Positions 1 to 13,209 of a DNA stretch of 64,000 nt are shown piece by piece. Source of the DNA: Octopus vulgaris (taxonomy: Eukaryota). The notes under the pieces are model-generated. The model saw only the letters and a list, made by a program, of their open reading frames with translations. It was not told the origin of the DNA and made no database searches. Every line of letters starts with the position of its first letter. Position 1 is the stretch's first letter. The position numbers and the translations under genes are program-made. The stretch is from contig OX597816.1 of assembly GCA_951406725.2 (NCBI GenBank), forward strand, positions 91,760,001 to 91,824,000, in the 5' to 3' direction.

Positions 1-104
1 TTTTGCCGCACATGCTGCTCAGTGGGACTGAATCCCAGACCACATAACTGGAAATTTAAAAAATTTCTTACATAATTTCACATTACATTTGATGTTAATT
101 TCAA

Positions 105-305
105 TTTTTGGCACAAGGCCAGTAATTTTGGGGTAAGGGAATAAATCGATCACATCGACTCCAATGCTCAACTGGTACTTATTTTATTAACTCCAAAAAG
201 TAAAAAGGCAAAGTCAATCTTGGCGGAATATGAACTCAGACCGTAAAGACAGATGAAATGCCACTAAGCATTTTGCCCAGCACAGTAGTGATTCTGCCAG
301 TGTGT
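105..305 (-). mobile_element. tRNA-derived SINE with Nin/Deu-like central domain (family A)
   Basis: Reverse strand reads tRNA-like head (ctggcagaatc...gagttcatattccgcc), then gactttgcctttt...taataaaataagtaccagttg, resembling the Deu/Nin domain. Many other copies occur in the window. Confidence 0.8.
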
Positions 306-699
306 CACTATACATTACAAATGATATTACCAATATAAAGAACTGGTGTAACCTCACTTTTAATACTTTAGTTAGAACTTGTATGACAAGTAACCAGCTA
401 CTAAACATATAACTTCTAGAATTGTCACACATGATTCACAACTCTGTTGTTTTCAGCATTTTCTGATTCTCATGTAGAAAAGTCTAATCTCAGCATTCTG
501 AACTACCAGAACCACTTATTCATTTCCTGTCAGTTCAGATTCCCGGACAACCAAATTGCTAATTTTTTTTCTTTTTTTTTATGCTTCTTACTTGTTCTGG
601 TGTAAGGTAAGTGGGTCACGGAAAGATATTTTTAAAGTTAACTGTTATAGTGGAAAATGTTTTCTTTCTCTTTTATATATGTATTTATATATGTATGTA

Positions 700-916
700 T
701 GAGGTGATGCTGAAAAGTTCCTAGCTTTGGGTAAAAGAAAATACAAGATGATCAGTTAGTTATGGTTTTATTCAACATATTCCCCTCTCAGATTCACACA
801 GTTATTGCAGCAGTCCCTCAGTTTTTCTAAGCCCTGTAAAAGAACTCAGAAGGATGGGTCTCCAACTAGGAACTTTTGAGATATACTTAAAGCCAAGAAC
901 TTTTCAGTACACCCTG
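700..916. mobile_element. Tc1/mariner-type MITE
   Basis: TIRs tgaggtgatgctgaaaagttcctagcttt and aaagccaagaacttttcagtacaccctg, flanked by TA on both sides. Confidence 0.8.
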
Positions 917-941
917 TATATATATACATATATATGTATGT

Positions 942-1267
942 ATGTCATTATTCAGTTTATTTCAAGATTTTTTGCCAATAGAGAAAGAACTGATTTCTAA
1001 CCTATATCTAAGTTCCTTCATTGGAATTTCAATGTATTTTTGTTTGTATGTATGTTTTATGTTTATGTTCTCAGCATATAGTTGCGTAACTAGACATGCT
1101 CATATATATTTAAATGATAAACTTCTGGCAAGTTTTACAGATTTTTACAGTTCCAGTGAGGGATTGGATCTGTAGTCTTTGAATTATCTTTCTCCTTTCT
1201 GGTTTTGAAAAGCCTAATTTCTTAAGATTGGTATTTAGGCAATGTGTTACATATCCCAGGGTCCCAA
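942..1267 (-). mobile_element. 3' end of R4/Dong-like RLE LINE (5'-truncated)
   Basis: Minus frame GTLGYVTHCLNTNLKKLGFSKPERRKIIQRLQIQSLTGTVKICKTCQKFII*, homologous to the copies at 6300 and 18900. Short 3' UTR, with (TATG)n on both sides. Confidence 0.7.
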
Positions 1268-1283
1268 ATGTATGTATGTATGT

Positions 1284-1527
1284 AGGAGAAGGTAACTCAG
1301 GTAACTGGGATAACTCCGACATAAAACCTGTGGCTCAGTGGTTACCGATGATGTTGACTTGTTCTTCTTTTCGGATAATGGCTGCTGTTGCTTAGTGAGT
1401 GGGATTGACTCAATGCGCAGCCTTTTCTCACTTTAAAGAAAAATCTTCTTGCACAGGCATTGCATGATAACAACATTGATTAAGCTTCGTGCAATGGCCA
1501 TACTCGATAACAAGGGGGCAGCCACCA
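1284..1527 (+). mobile_element. Probable short non-autonomous RTE-related element
   Basis: Begins aggagaaggtaactc (similar to RTE 5'UTR motifs) and ends atggccatactcgataacaagggggcagcc (similar to RTE 3' ends). Embedded in (TATG)n. Confidence 0.35.
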
Positions 1528-2170
1528 TGTATGTATGCATGTTTATCCGTGTGTGTGTGTGTGCGTGTATGAGATTGTGTGTGTGTATGATTGATGATTG
1601 TGTGTATGTATGTGTGTGTGATTTGTGTTAGTGTGTGCATGTATGTATGTATATATAGGTATGTAAGTAAGTATGTATGAATATAAGAATGCAAGTACAT
1701 ATGAATGTATGAATGTATGTGTACACATGTTTAGGAATGTATGTTATTACATAATAATTATGTGTACTTCGCTGAAATCAGAATAGCAATCCAATTTTGC
1801 TTGAATTGATACTTCGTACTAGTGTTTATGCACACATACATACAGACATGCACACACACATACACACACACACACGCATGCATATATGATGATGATCATG
1901 ATGATCATGATCATAATCCTTACAGTGATGATGGTGATAGTAACCATAACTGAGATATAATGTCATTACTTTTAACGACAATTATGTTTAATTACCATTA
2001 TATCTTAATTGCTATTATATTTTCTAATTCTACTATATGCATATATTACATTATATAGGAAAATGCAGAAACACACACACACACATACACACACATACAC
2101 ACAAATACAACACATACACACACACATGCACATGCACACACACACACACTCACATACATACACACATACA
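1527..2170. repeat. (TG)n/(CA)n/(TATG)n microsatellite field
   Basis: Directly visible degenerate dinucleotide and tetranucleotide repeats. Confidence 0.9.
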
Positions 2171-2441
2171 TTCATTTGTTCATTTAAATTCTGATATTTC
2201 ATGCTAGCATGGGTTAAATGAGGACTTACTTGAAACAGGATTTTATTGCTGGATTCCTGTCACCAACCCATGCATAACTTCAAGTAAGATATTTTTTTTT
2301 CCATAGTTTTTTGAAAGCAGAAAAAAATGTAACCCCACTCTCAACAAAGAATGTAAACACCATATCACCATTTTACTCAAAGTGTAACAAGCAAAGCTGC
2401 TGTATAGAAATGCTCATGTACATTTGTCTTCATGCATGCAT

Positions 2442-2479
<38 letters not shown>

Positions 2480-2737
2480 TTTTATAACCATACATATATA
2501 CACCGGGCTTCCTACAGTTTCCATCTAGAAAATTTATTCACAAGGCTCAGGTTGTCTTAGACCTGTAGTGAAGGCATTTGCACAAGTTGCAATGCAACAG
2601 GACCAAAATAAACACCATATGACTGTGAGGCAAAGTTATTGATTACACAGCATTGCCTGTGACAATAGCCATGCTTAAACTTCCATTTATCAGTCCATTT
2701 ATCCATCCATCCATCAATACATACATACGATTGATAC

Positions 2738-2858
2738 ATATATATATCAACACACACACAGGTGTGTCCATGTATTTTTGTATGTATTTTTTTTTTTTTG
2801 AAAAAAAAATACATACAAAAATACATGGACACACCTGTGTGTGTGTTGATATATATAT
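2738..2858. repeat. Near-perfect palindrome
   Basis: tatcaacacacacacaggtgtgtccatgtatttttgtatgta-Tn-G-An-tacatacaaaaatacatggacacacctgtgtgtgtgttgata. Confidence 0.9.
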
Positions 2859-2877
2859 ATATATATATAGATACATA

Positions 2878-2946
<69 letters not shown>

Positions 2947-2948
<2 letters not shown>

Positions 2949-3635
2949 TCATCATCATCATCATCATCGTTTAACGTCTCCTTTCCATACTGGCATATGT
3001 TGGACAGCCTGAGGACTGGCAAGGTTTCTACAACTGGATGCCCTTCCTAGTACCAACCACTTCGAGAATGTAGTGGGTACTTTTTATGTGCCACTGGCAC
3101 AAGGGCCAATCAGGTAGTACTGGCATCGACCATGCCTGAATGGTACATTTTACATACCACCAGCACTGGAGCCAGTCAGGCAACACTGACAATAACCATG
3201 CTCAAATGGTGCTTTTTACATGCCACTGGGCATGGAATCAATCAGGTGGTGCTGGCATCGACCACATTTGAATAGTGCCTTTACATGCCACCGGCACAGG
3301 TGCCAGTCAGGCAGTACTGGCATCAGCCATGACAATGATTTTACTTGACTCAACATGTCTTCTCAAGCACAGTTTATTGCCCAATGATTGAAGGGTACAC
3401 TATAAATGGGCTGGTTATGCTACACTGTCATAGGCCATGGTTACAGTCCACTTGGCTTGTCAGGTCTTCTCAACCACAGCATGTCTTCAAAGGTCTCAGT
3501 TGCTTGTCATTGTCTCCCTAAGGCCCAACGTCTTGTTTGCACCCCACATCTGATGCTTCTTATGTCTCTCAGGGCACTTACACTCTGTGCATATTGACAT
3601 TACACATTCAGTGAAGCATATGCAAATATACATAT

Positions 3636-3677
<42 letters not shown>

Positions 3678-4670
3678 GTTTAACGTCCGTTTTCCATGCT
3701 AGCATGGGTTGGACGATTTGACTGAGGTCTGGCAAACCAGATGGCTGCACCAGACTCCAATCAGATCTGGCAGAGTTTCTACAGCTGGATGCCCTTCCTA
3801 ATGCCAACCACTCTGAGAGTGTAGTGGGTGCTTTTATGTGCCACCAGCATGAGGGCCAGTTCAGTGGCACTGCAATGACCTCACTCGAATGCTTTTTCAC
3901 GTGCCACCAGCACAAGTGCTAGAAAGGTGATGCAGGTAATGATCACGCTTGAATGGTGTTTTTAATGTGCCATCGACACAGAGGCCAGCTTGTTGCTCTG
4001 GCAATGATCTCACTCGTATGGTACTCTTAGCACTCCACTAGAACAGATGCCAGTCATCGAATTTGATTTCGATTTCGATTTCGATTTCACTTGCCTCAAC
4101 AGGTCTTCGCAAGCAGAATTTAGTGTCCAATGAAGGAAAAGCATGCATAAGTGGACTGGTTACACTCCTGGCATAGGCCACAAGGTTATGGTCTCACTTG
4201 CACTTGCTGAGTCTTCTCAAGCACAGCATATTTCCAGAGGTCCTGGTCACTAGTCATTGCCTCGGTGAGGCCCAATGTTCGAAGGTCATGCTTCACCACC
4301 TCATCCCAGGTCTTCCTGGGTCTACCTCTTCAACAGGTTCCCTCAACTGCTAGGGTGTGGCACTTCTTCACACAGCTATCCACATCCATATACATATATA
4401 TATATATATATACACACATCATCATCATCATCATTTAACATTCGCTTTCCCTGCTTGCATGGGTTGGACAGTTCAATGACTGGCAAGCCAGGTGGCTGCA
4501 CCAGACTCCAATCAGATCTGGCAAAGTTTCTACAGCTGAATGCTCTTCCTAATACCAACCACTCCAAGAGTGTAATGGGTGTTGGTATGTGCCACCAGCA
4601 CAGGAACCAGTCAGGTAGCACTAGCATCAACCATGCTCAAATCGTAATTTTTATGTGACACTGGCACAGA
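2947..4670 (-). mobile_element. Three tandem RTE LINE 3' ends with (GAT)n tails
   Basis: Each starts (cat)n followed by a variant of cgtttaacgtcc...ttccatgc, at about 2947, 3637 and 4398, and contains repeated ggtgctttttacgtgccacc units. Same 3' UTR as the RT-bearing copy at 16465-18890. Confidence 0.85.
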
Positions 4671-5914
4671 AAAGAAATAGTTCAACATCATGCAGTTATA
4701 TAGATACATAAGATATATGTAGACTGAGGAAAGAGGAGGGAAGGGGGAGAAGTAGGATGGAATTTAGGTCCTTCCTAACCATAAATGTGCAGTGGTGTAG
4801 GTAATGACAGTCATGCAAAGAAGCATTGTGCCAAGATATGTGGTAGAAAGGGCTCAGTAGAAGGAGCTATAAATCAACAGCTGCAAAAGGGTTTGCTCTG
4901 TGATAGACCATGTTATGGGGCAAAGGTGGATGCCTGTATACTCATATACATTCATATAGATTAAAGTAAAAATGTAAAACAAACCACTTGAAAAAGACAT
5001 GTAATTTAGATAGAAAATATAGATATACAGTGTCTCTTACAGCTGTTTCTAGAATAACCAAGTATGTGAATCATCATATTGAGTAAGGAAACAACTGAGC
5101 ACTCATGCTACATACCTATTATTTAAAGTCAGTTATTGAAAACTCCTTATATATTCATACATACATAATAATTATCCCATCTTCACTGATGATTGTTGTC
5201 TCCTTGTGTTTCCACATTGTCAAAGGCATTTCTAACTTTCCATCCATGACCTCTCAAATAACTTTTCTGTCCCATTGCAGATCTGCATGATTTCAAACAT
5301 AGGTGACAGACAAAATTTGTAACTTACTGTGTACTTCCAACTGGTTAGTTCTGAACATGTTTCCCCCTGTACTATTGCCATATGACATTCAATAGATGGA
5401 ATGACAAATGAGGTCACCATAAAGACATCCATTTGTCATTGGATTATGGTAATAAAAACTTGTACAACTTGAATACCACTCTCTTTGCCTCCATGATTAG
5501 TACCGACTGACAGGTTGAAGCAAGATAACTAATAACTATATGAAACTGCAGGTTTTACATCTAAGTGTTCCTCTCTTCGAAGGATACTGTGACAACAGCT
5601 AGGAATCCCTTGCCCCAAGTGATTCTACTGCTTGCCCTGACACCAGCCAAGAGTATTTCTGCATCCCTGTACTCAGATGGAACGTCATCGCATATGCTAG
5701 TTAACCCTTAACTGGGACTCTGACAAGCGCCACTACTCTAGATCAGAGTAGAAAATAATGGCTAAGGAGTGATTTCATACTCTTCAAAACCCCGGAGCTC
5801 CCGAACCAGAGCTACTGGATGCAATTTAAAGCCATACCTAGGACTATGTACACACACACACACACACACACATACACACACACATGTACATACATACATA
5901 GGAAAGAGTAAAAA

Positions 5915-6215
5915 TTCCCTTCAGTCATGAATGACCATGGAATTACACCTAGAAAGGTCCCCTCCAAGGCACAAGTCCAGGCAATGTTGTTTATGGAAGA
6001 CCATCAGTCACCTGTGCATACCAGCCTCCCCTTTCCATGCCACCAATATTCTCCTACAGAAAGGTAAAGGCCAATACAGCTCGGCACCAGTGATATCGCA
6101 AATCATTTCTACAGCTGAGTGAACTGAAGCAACATGAAATAAAGTGTCTTGCTCAAGAACACAACACAGCCCAGTCTGGGAATCAAATTTACTACCTCAT
6201 GATTGTGAGCCCGAC
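5915..6215 (-). mobile_element. tRNA-derived SINE with RTE-like tail (family C)
   Basis: Closely similar copy at 10630-10930. Minus strand has a tRNA-like head, gtgttcttgagcaagacactttatttc core and atggtcattcatgactgaaggg tail. Confidence 0.75.
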
Positions 6216-6267
6216 ACTACATACATACGCATAGATACATGCATACATACATACATACATACATACA

Positions 6268-6299
<32 letters not shown>

Positions 6300-6301
<2 letters not shown>

Positions 6302-6540
6302 AATGCTTAATGGAAAATCTGGATAAACTGGGATTTTCAGAAAGAGAAATTGACCAGCTAATTCATACATTACAAGTGCAATCTGTGAGTGGAACAGTGA
6401 AAATATTCAAGACTTTTCTCAAGTTCCAAATATGAATTTGTCTGTGTTAGCTACATCCCAAAGATGGAGTTTTGTATCTTTGTTGGAAACCAGCTCCCTC
6501 CTCAGTGGAAGTATTATAATTAAAAAATAGAAGAGACATA
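6300..6540 (+). mobile_element. 3' end of R4/Dong-like RLE LINE
   Basis: KCLMENLDKLGFSEREIDQLIHTLQVQSVSGTVKIFKTFLKFQI* plus 3' UTR, inserted in (CATA)n. Confidence 0.7.
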
Positions 6541-6547
6541 CATACAT

Positions 6548-6960
6548 ATCATCATCATCATCATCGTTGTCGTTTAATGTCCGTTTTCCATGCTAGCATG
6601 GATTGGATGATTTGACTGAGGACTGGCGAACCAAATGGCTGCACCAGGCTCCAATCTTGATTTGGCAGATGGATGCCCTTCCTAACACCAACCACTCCAA
6701 GAGTGTAATGGGTGCTTTTACATGCCACTGGCATGAAGGCCAGTCAGGCGGTACTGGCAACGGTCACAGAATTTTTTTTTTTACGTGTCACTTGCACACC
6801 GGCACAAGTGCCAGTAAGGTGACATTGTTAACAATCACGCTCGAATGGTGCTTTTTACGTGCCACCGGCACGAACGCCAGTCAGCTGCTCTGGCAATGAT
6901 CATGCTCGGATGGTGCTCTTAGTGCTCCACTAGCATGGATGCCAGTCATCGAAATTGATT
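6548..6960 (-). mobile_element. RTE LINE 3' end
   Basis: Same tail and 3' UTR repeat units as the other copies. Confidence 0.85.
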
Positions 6961-7825
6961 TCATAGATGCAAACAAATTGATATGCATTTATTTCCAATG
7001 GATTCAAAAAGAAAACCTTTTAAATGATTGGCAGAACTTTGCTATTCTACATATCATTTAATATATGAATTGATAGAGATTTTCTGTAATTTTCATTAGC
7101 AGATCCCAGTATTTCTATATTAATACCGTTATTATAAAGACATGCTTTTGTGATACTGCTCTTATTATTTAGATATGGTTTTGAATGATATAGCTATGAG
7201 TAGAAATATATGAATATGTGTGTCTATAGAAAAAGTTGAACATTCTCAAATGATTGGGAAACCAGCTCATCATATATTGTTACCTAATTCCTATATTTAC
7301 TTGTGTATCAGATATTCTGTAAAATCTGTTTTTTCATGCAATAGAATGTTCGACAGCTGTCGAAGTATATTTTATGCTTTTCTTTCACAGCGTTTATCAG
7401 AAGTACAATATTGATATTGTCTTTTATATATAAATTGCCAATAACAGTTCGTGGTCCTCTGATCTTTATATCAATATTACGTATTTGTCTGGTGTCATGA
7501 AAGCATTAATACTGTTATCTGGTATTGATAATTCAGTTAGGCCTGTTTTATAGCATTTTCATATCTAACAGGGTTTTATATATATTATATATCATCATCA
7601 TCATCATTTAGTGTCCATCTTCCATGCTTGCATGGGTTGGTTGGTTTGACAAGGATCCAATGAGTCAAAAGCCTGAATTGTACTTTAGTGTCTGTTTTGA
7701 AATAGTTTCTACAGCTGGATGCTGTTCATTAGAACTATAAATATGAATATATACATATAAAAATAGAAATATTACATTTCTAAACCTCTCAGAGAGAGAG
7801 AGTAATACAGTAACAGCTTGATAAA

Positions 7826-8073
7826 GTGATTGTTTGTTGCCAACTTAATGTGGCAGTCCCAGGAAAGGGAAGAATGTTACTGTTATTTAGCTCCAAGAAA
7901 CACCATTTCTAGTTGACTATGCAGCACAAGCATTCTGTGTCCTTAAGTTTTCAAACTTAAGGACACAGAACGCTTGTGTCACGTAGCCAACTAGAAATTA
8001 TGTTTCTTGGGGCTAAATAACAGTAACATTTTTCCCTTTCCTGGGACTGCCAATTAAATTGGCAACAAGTATC

Positions 8074-8075
<2 letters not shown>
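7826..8075. repeat. 250-bp fold-back element related to the hammerhead-bearing element at 26033-26600
   Basis: Arms of about 125 bp around a 2-nt loop at 7951-7952. Shares tagccaact.gaaa...tt.ctggggctaaa...cagtaacat...ggactgccaatt with the 26-kb element. Confidence 0.85.
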
Positions 8076-8125
<50 letters not shown>

Positions 8126-8989
8126 TATGTGTATAAATATATATTGTGTATGTATATATGTATATATACACACACATTGAAAAACAATGCAAATATGTAA
8201 GGAAAAATTTTAATCATAGCAATTAGAATTAAATTTATGCATTGTCATTCTCATCAGTGTGATGAATCTTTTGAAGAACATCAAGAAAGTTTAATAAGAT
8301 AAAATAGAATAAAATAAAATAGAAATAAAAATAAAATAAGATACAATAAGAGAACACAGATGAGGCAGTAAGGGAAAATCAGATAATTTACAAACTAAGT
8401 TGTGAAAGGGAAAAATAATGATAACAACAATACTGTTAGATTCTTATGTTATAGTTTTACTGCACATATAGACTTGCATACACATTGATATGCCTTTCTT
8501 TTTCTTTTTTCTTTTTTGTTTCTCTCACTATTATTATTGTTGTTATCAATATTTTAAAATGTTTTTTTCCCTGCCTTTGAAAGTGTTTTATATATGAGTT
8601 ACTAGGCAGAAATTATTTAACCTTTACTAAATGTTGACACATTCTAATTGCTTTAGTCTTGAGAAGCATGTAGAAAAGTGTAATGTTTTTGCTCTTTTAT
8701 TCTCTTACTCTTTTACATGTTACAGTCATTGAACTATGATCCAGCTGGGGCACTATCTTGTAGAGTTTAGATAATTCAGTTGATCACAGTATTTTTGTTT
8801 GTTTTTTTTGTTAAGTTTGGTGTTTATTCTTTTGCTGAACTGATGAGATATAAGATTTTAAGCAAACCAATATGAGTTTATAATCAGTTGGAGACTTACA
8901 CAAAAAGACATATGCATATAAACACACACACACACATACACACAAATGCATGCATGCATGCACATACACACACAAGCATGCATCCATCT

Positions 8990-9912
8990 GCACTCATCAG
9001 ATTTTCATTTTTATGCAAGATGGTGAAGCACGTTGAGCAGAGATGTTGCATCAAGTTTTGCCCAAAGCTCGGTGATACTCAAGCTCAAATCATGCAGAAG
9101 AGTCAGCAAGCCTTTGACGATGATACTATGGGCAAACCCCAGATCAAAGGTGCTACAACCTCTTCAAACATGACCAGACCTCAGTGGAGAGCAAAGGATG
9201 CTCAGGCAAGCCATCCACAAGCTGAAATGAGGCTCCGTTGAAAAGGTTCGGTGAATAATTATGGAAGACTGTCATGTAACAACTCAGAAAAGTGCTCTCA
9301 AAGTGGGAGTAAGCAAAGGATCAGTGCATTCCATTTTAATGGAGGATTTGTACCTATGGAGAGTGTTAACGAGACTCATTCCCAAGGTGCTGGCAGAGCA
9401 ACTGAGCATGGAAATTGTTCAGGACATGCTGGACTGTGCAAACCATGACCCCAACTTCATGAAGACCGTCATCAATAAAGAATACTACCTGGAGGTTATA
9501 CCTTTCCTTTGTGATGATGCTGTGCATCATTAGCAGTTGGACATATAGGCAGTGAAGAATTGGCAACTTCATGACAATGCACCTGCTCCCCACTCCCCCC
9601 TCACACAAAGCTTTCCTGATCAAAAACAGTACACCACTTGCTTGACAGGCTTCCTACTCTCCCAACTTCTTCCCCATTCAGAAAACAACACTGAAAGGGA
9701 AGTGATTTGAGGAATGAGAGGAAATCATGAGAAAGCAATGCTGAAGTTCCATAGCATTCCAGAGAAGGCCTTCCAGCAGTGGCAGAATTGCTGGGAGACA
9801 TGTGTGAACTCTAGCAGAGTATTTTGAAGGTGATTAAATAAAATTTTTGAAATGTACAAAATTGTGATTTTTTTATGTTCAAAAGTCAAATGCTTTTTGA
9901 ACACACCTTGTA
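8990..9912 (+). mobile_element. Decayed mariner transposon (irritans-like transposase pseudogene)
   Basis: MVKHVEQRCCIKFCPKLG HTH start, INKEYYLEVI, WQLHDNAPAP and PYSP-like motifs across frameshifts. Ends ctttttgaacacaccttg-TA. Confidence 0.85.
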
Positions 9913-10629
9913 TTCATATTAAATAAAAGTAACCAAACCTCTTGATTTTTTTAGTTAGAAAACTTGTTTGCTTTTAAACTGACATAATTAAGATCGTTTT
10001 CTATATGAACAATAGGGGTGGGGTAAAATATCTCATGTGAAGCATTCTCCATTTTATATACACACACAATAGTGTCTCACATCTGCAACTTCATAAGTTG
10101 TTACTTGAGTAACAGATTCTTTTTGAAATTACAAGACAAAAACTCTTTCCAAGGTTGTTTAAAATCTAAAAATAAGAAGCAAAGGAAATCTAATGATTTA
10201 GTTGCAATTCCTTACAAGCCCAACCATCATGCAGAGTAGAAGTTCATTCCTTGGTTCTTCATGGAGTGATTTATATTTGTTTAGTTCAAGGTCAATATTA
10301 ATCAACCAGATTAGTAATCAAAGACATTCCAGTTGTGACCCTCTTATCTTTTTATATATCCAAGATTATATTTTTCAATGTGTCCTTTAATTTTTTTAAG
10401 GCGTTATTGTTAACATGAGGTAGAATTGGCTGCCATGCCTATGATACTGTAATATGGTTTTGAAGCTTTTGCTCAAGGACTCTTCAAGTCAATAAAAACC
10501 ATGTGTACAAAACGTTGAGCTAATAAACATTATAACAAAGTGACACAAGACTTGTCAGTCCACCTCATGGTCCTGGCAGACAAAATGGAAATGATATTGC
10601 CTCAGAAATTGGCTTCCATGCTGCTGAGA

Positions 10630-10930
10630 CCCCCTTTGGTCATGACTGACCATGGGATTGCACCTAGTAAGTTACCCTCCCAGGCACAAGTCTGGGCAAG
10701 GTTGTTTATGGAAGACCAGCAGTTGTCTATGCATACCGGCTTCTCCTCTCCACACTACCGATGTTATCCAAGGGAAAGGCAAAGGCTGATACAGCTTGGC
10801 ACCTGTGACGTTGTAACTCATTTATATAGCTGAGTGAACTGGAGCAACGTGAAATAAAATGTCTTGCTCAAGAACACAACACGCACCCCTGTCTGGGATT
10901 CGAACTCACAACCTCACGATTGTAAGCTCT
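10630..10930 (-). mobile_element. tRNA-derived SINE (family C)
   Basis: Homologous to 5915-6215, with B-box gagttcgaatcc on the minus strand. Confidence 0.8.
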
Positions 10931-10944
10931 ATACAAATGTAGTC

Positions 10945-11228
10945 AATGCCAGTGCCACCTGACTGGTTCCATACCGGTAGCATGTAAAAAGCACTATTCG
11001 AGCATGGTCATTGCCAGTTCTGTCTGACTGGTCCCTGTACCAGTGGCATGTAAAAAGCACCCACTACACTCTTTGAGTGGTTGGCATTAGGAAGAGTATC
11101 CAGCTGTAGAAACCTTGCCAGATCAGATTGGAGCCTGATGCAGCCTCCTGGCTTGCCAGACCTCAGTCAAACTGTCCAACCCATGCCAGCATGGAAAGTA
11201 GACGTTAAATGATGATGATGATAATGAA
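10945..11228 (+). mobile_element. RTE LINE 3' end
   Basis: ...ggttggcattaggaag...ccaacccatgccagcatggaaagtagacgttaaat(gat)n. Confidence 0.85.
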
Positions 11229-11679
11229 CAGCCATTACTGTGAAACATAAATCTGTTATATCATAAGTGATGGATATATGATGTGCATGTGTGTGTGTAA
11301 CAGTATATCACAGTACCAAATATAACCGTATAACAATAAGCAATGTAACAAGAGTTGGTTATCTTATAACCATTTGCACAATAACAATCCAATATTCCAA
11401 CAAAGAATCAATAACAAGACTAACTCTCTCACAGTTTGATCTCAACTGTCTACTGGCTCATCAATTTATAAGACTCATCTAGTCACATGCGGTGGGTGTC
11501 AGTTCACTCCACAAGAGAATCTTTATAACTTTCAAATATCTGAAGCAAGGAGTGTGCAAGTATTCAAAATCTTTGGTCACATACAGCTCATCATAGAAGA
11601 AACAATAGATGTAAATAACAAAATAATCAAAAACCATTAATTTTTGCTGTATGAAGTATCATATCTCACATATTTATCT

Positions 11680-12240
11680 TTTACTCATTCCACTCATTAG
11701 AATCTGGCCACACTGGAGCACCATGAAGAGTTAGTCGAACAAATCAACTCTTATACTTGTTTCCAATCCTGGTACTTATTCTATCAGTCTCCTTTGCCAA
11801 ACTGTTAAGTAATAAGGATGAAAACAAACCAAAACTGGTTGCCAAGCAGTGGTGGGGCACACATACACACACCAAACTCACACACACACACACAGAGGCT
11901 TCCTTTACTTTCCGTTTACCAAATCAACTCACAAGGCTTTGGTTAGCCCAAAGCTATAGTAGAAGACACATCACACACACACACACATACACTGAGGCAC
12001 ACACACACAGAGGCACACACACACACACACAGATATATACACACATATACACACTCACTCACACACATGTACACACATGTACACACACACACACACTGGG
12101 CTTGTTTTAGTTTCCATCTACCAGTTTCACTCACAAGGCTTTGGTTTTCTTGGGGCTACAGTACAAAACACTTGTCCAAGGTGCCCCATTGTAGGATGAA
12201 ACCCAAGACCACATGGCTGGGAAGCAAACTTCTTACCCTG
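11680..12240 (-). mobile_element. SINE family B (CORE-like motif, internal microsatellite), partly duplicated
   Basis: Homologous to 13210-13645 and 16015-16425. Confidence 0.75.
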
Positions 12241-12307
12241 TGTCTATAATTAGTGGATTAGTGGAAATATAAGAAACATAGACTGACTGCCTGGTGGTAC
12301 TTATTCC

Positions 12308-12350
12308 GACTCTGAAGAGCCAAGGAAGGGCCTGTAACAGCTGTTGGGTC
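12308..12350 (+). ncRNA. Degenerate type I minimal hammerhead motif
   Basis: gact CTGAAGA gcc aaggaag ggc ct GTAAC agct GTT gggtc. The GAAAC box is mutated to GTAAC and the palindromic stem III aacagctgtt is retained. Confidence 0.45.
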
Positions 12351-13209
12351 TCTTCATTAAACCCCACCCCGCCAATCTCCTTGAGTTATCAGAAGAAATC
12401 TCCCTCCATCTCTATGATCCAAAAACAGTCTTGTTCCACAAGCCAAACTTTTCACTGAGGCCTTGTCTCTTGTAATATCAACTCCTGATGGAATTGCAGA
12501 GGCACAGTTATGAAATATTACATGCTCTGAGCTTTTTAAAATTGCCAGTAGCCTATCCTTCATCTTTCTCTCACTCCAGAGGAGACAGAGAGAGAGAGAG
12601 AGAGAGAAGGAGGGGGGAGGGAGAGGGAGAGCAAAAATGAGAAAGAGAGAGAAAACAAGGCAGAGAAAACAAGAGAGAAAGGAAAAGAACCAACCCTAGT
12701 ACAGATCTGTTTGTTTATTTATTGATCTCCAGCAGAATCAGAATGACTATCAAAAGTCATTCTGTCCAGTACTCTAATGACTCAGCCAGTTGATACTTAT
12801 TGAAATAAATATATCATCATATGTATACGGTTTGCATAGCTGGTGTTGTGGTATGACAAGTCAAGCTTCTAAAATCAAATCCATTAATTTCTCATCACCA
12901 CTATTGTCATTGTCATCATCATCATCATTATTATTGTTATTGTTGCTTTTGTCATCATCATTGTTTCTATGTTCACTTTTCCATGCTTGTATGGGGGTAG
13001 ATAGAGTTTAATGAAGATTTTCTGCAACTGGATGCCTTTCCTGCCTCTAACTCTCACTTGTTTCCAAGCAAAGTTAAAATTTCTCCATAGTCAGACATGT
13101 TCATGCAGAATATTGGAAATATCTGACATTGCTCATATGGCAGTGACCCTAATTTACAAATATCATGCAATATCAAAACAAAGAAATACAAATACACACA
13201 CACACACAC

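Noticed and set aside
1428-3022. Many ORFs rich in YI, HT and CV
   Set aside because: They are translations of (TA)n/(CA)n microsatellites. The same applies at 32.3-33.0, 40.4-41.0, 42.8-43.1 and 51.6-52.5 kb.
7348-7392. Palindrome ttcgacagctgtcgaa resembling a hammerhead stem III
   Set aside because: Both core boxes would need indels, which is too degenerate to call.
8205-8262. Minus-strand CTGATGA with a possible stem II
   Set aside because: No GAAA box or cleavage triplet at the right position.
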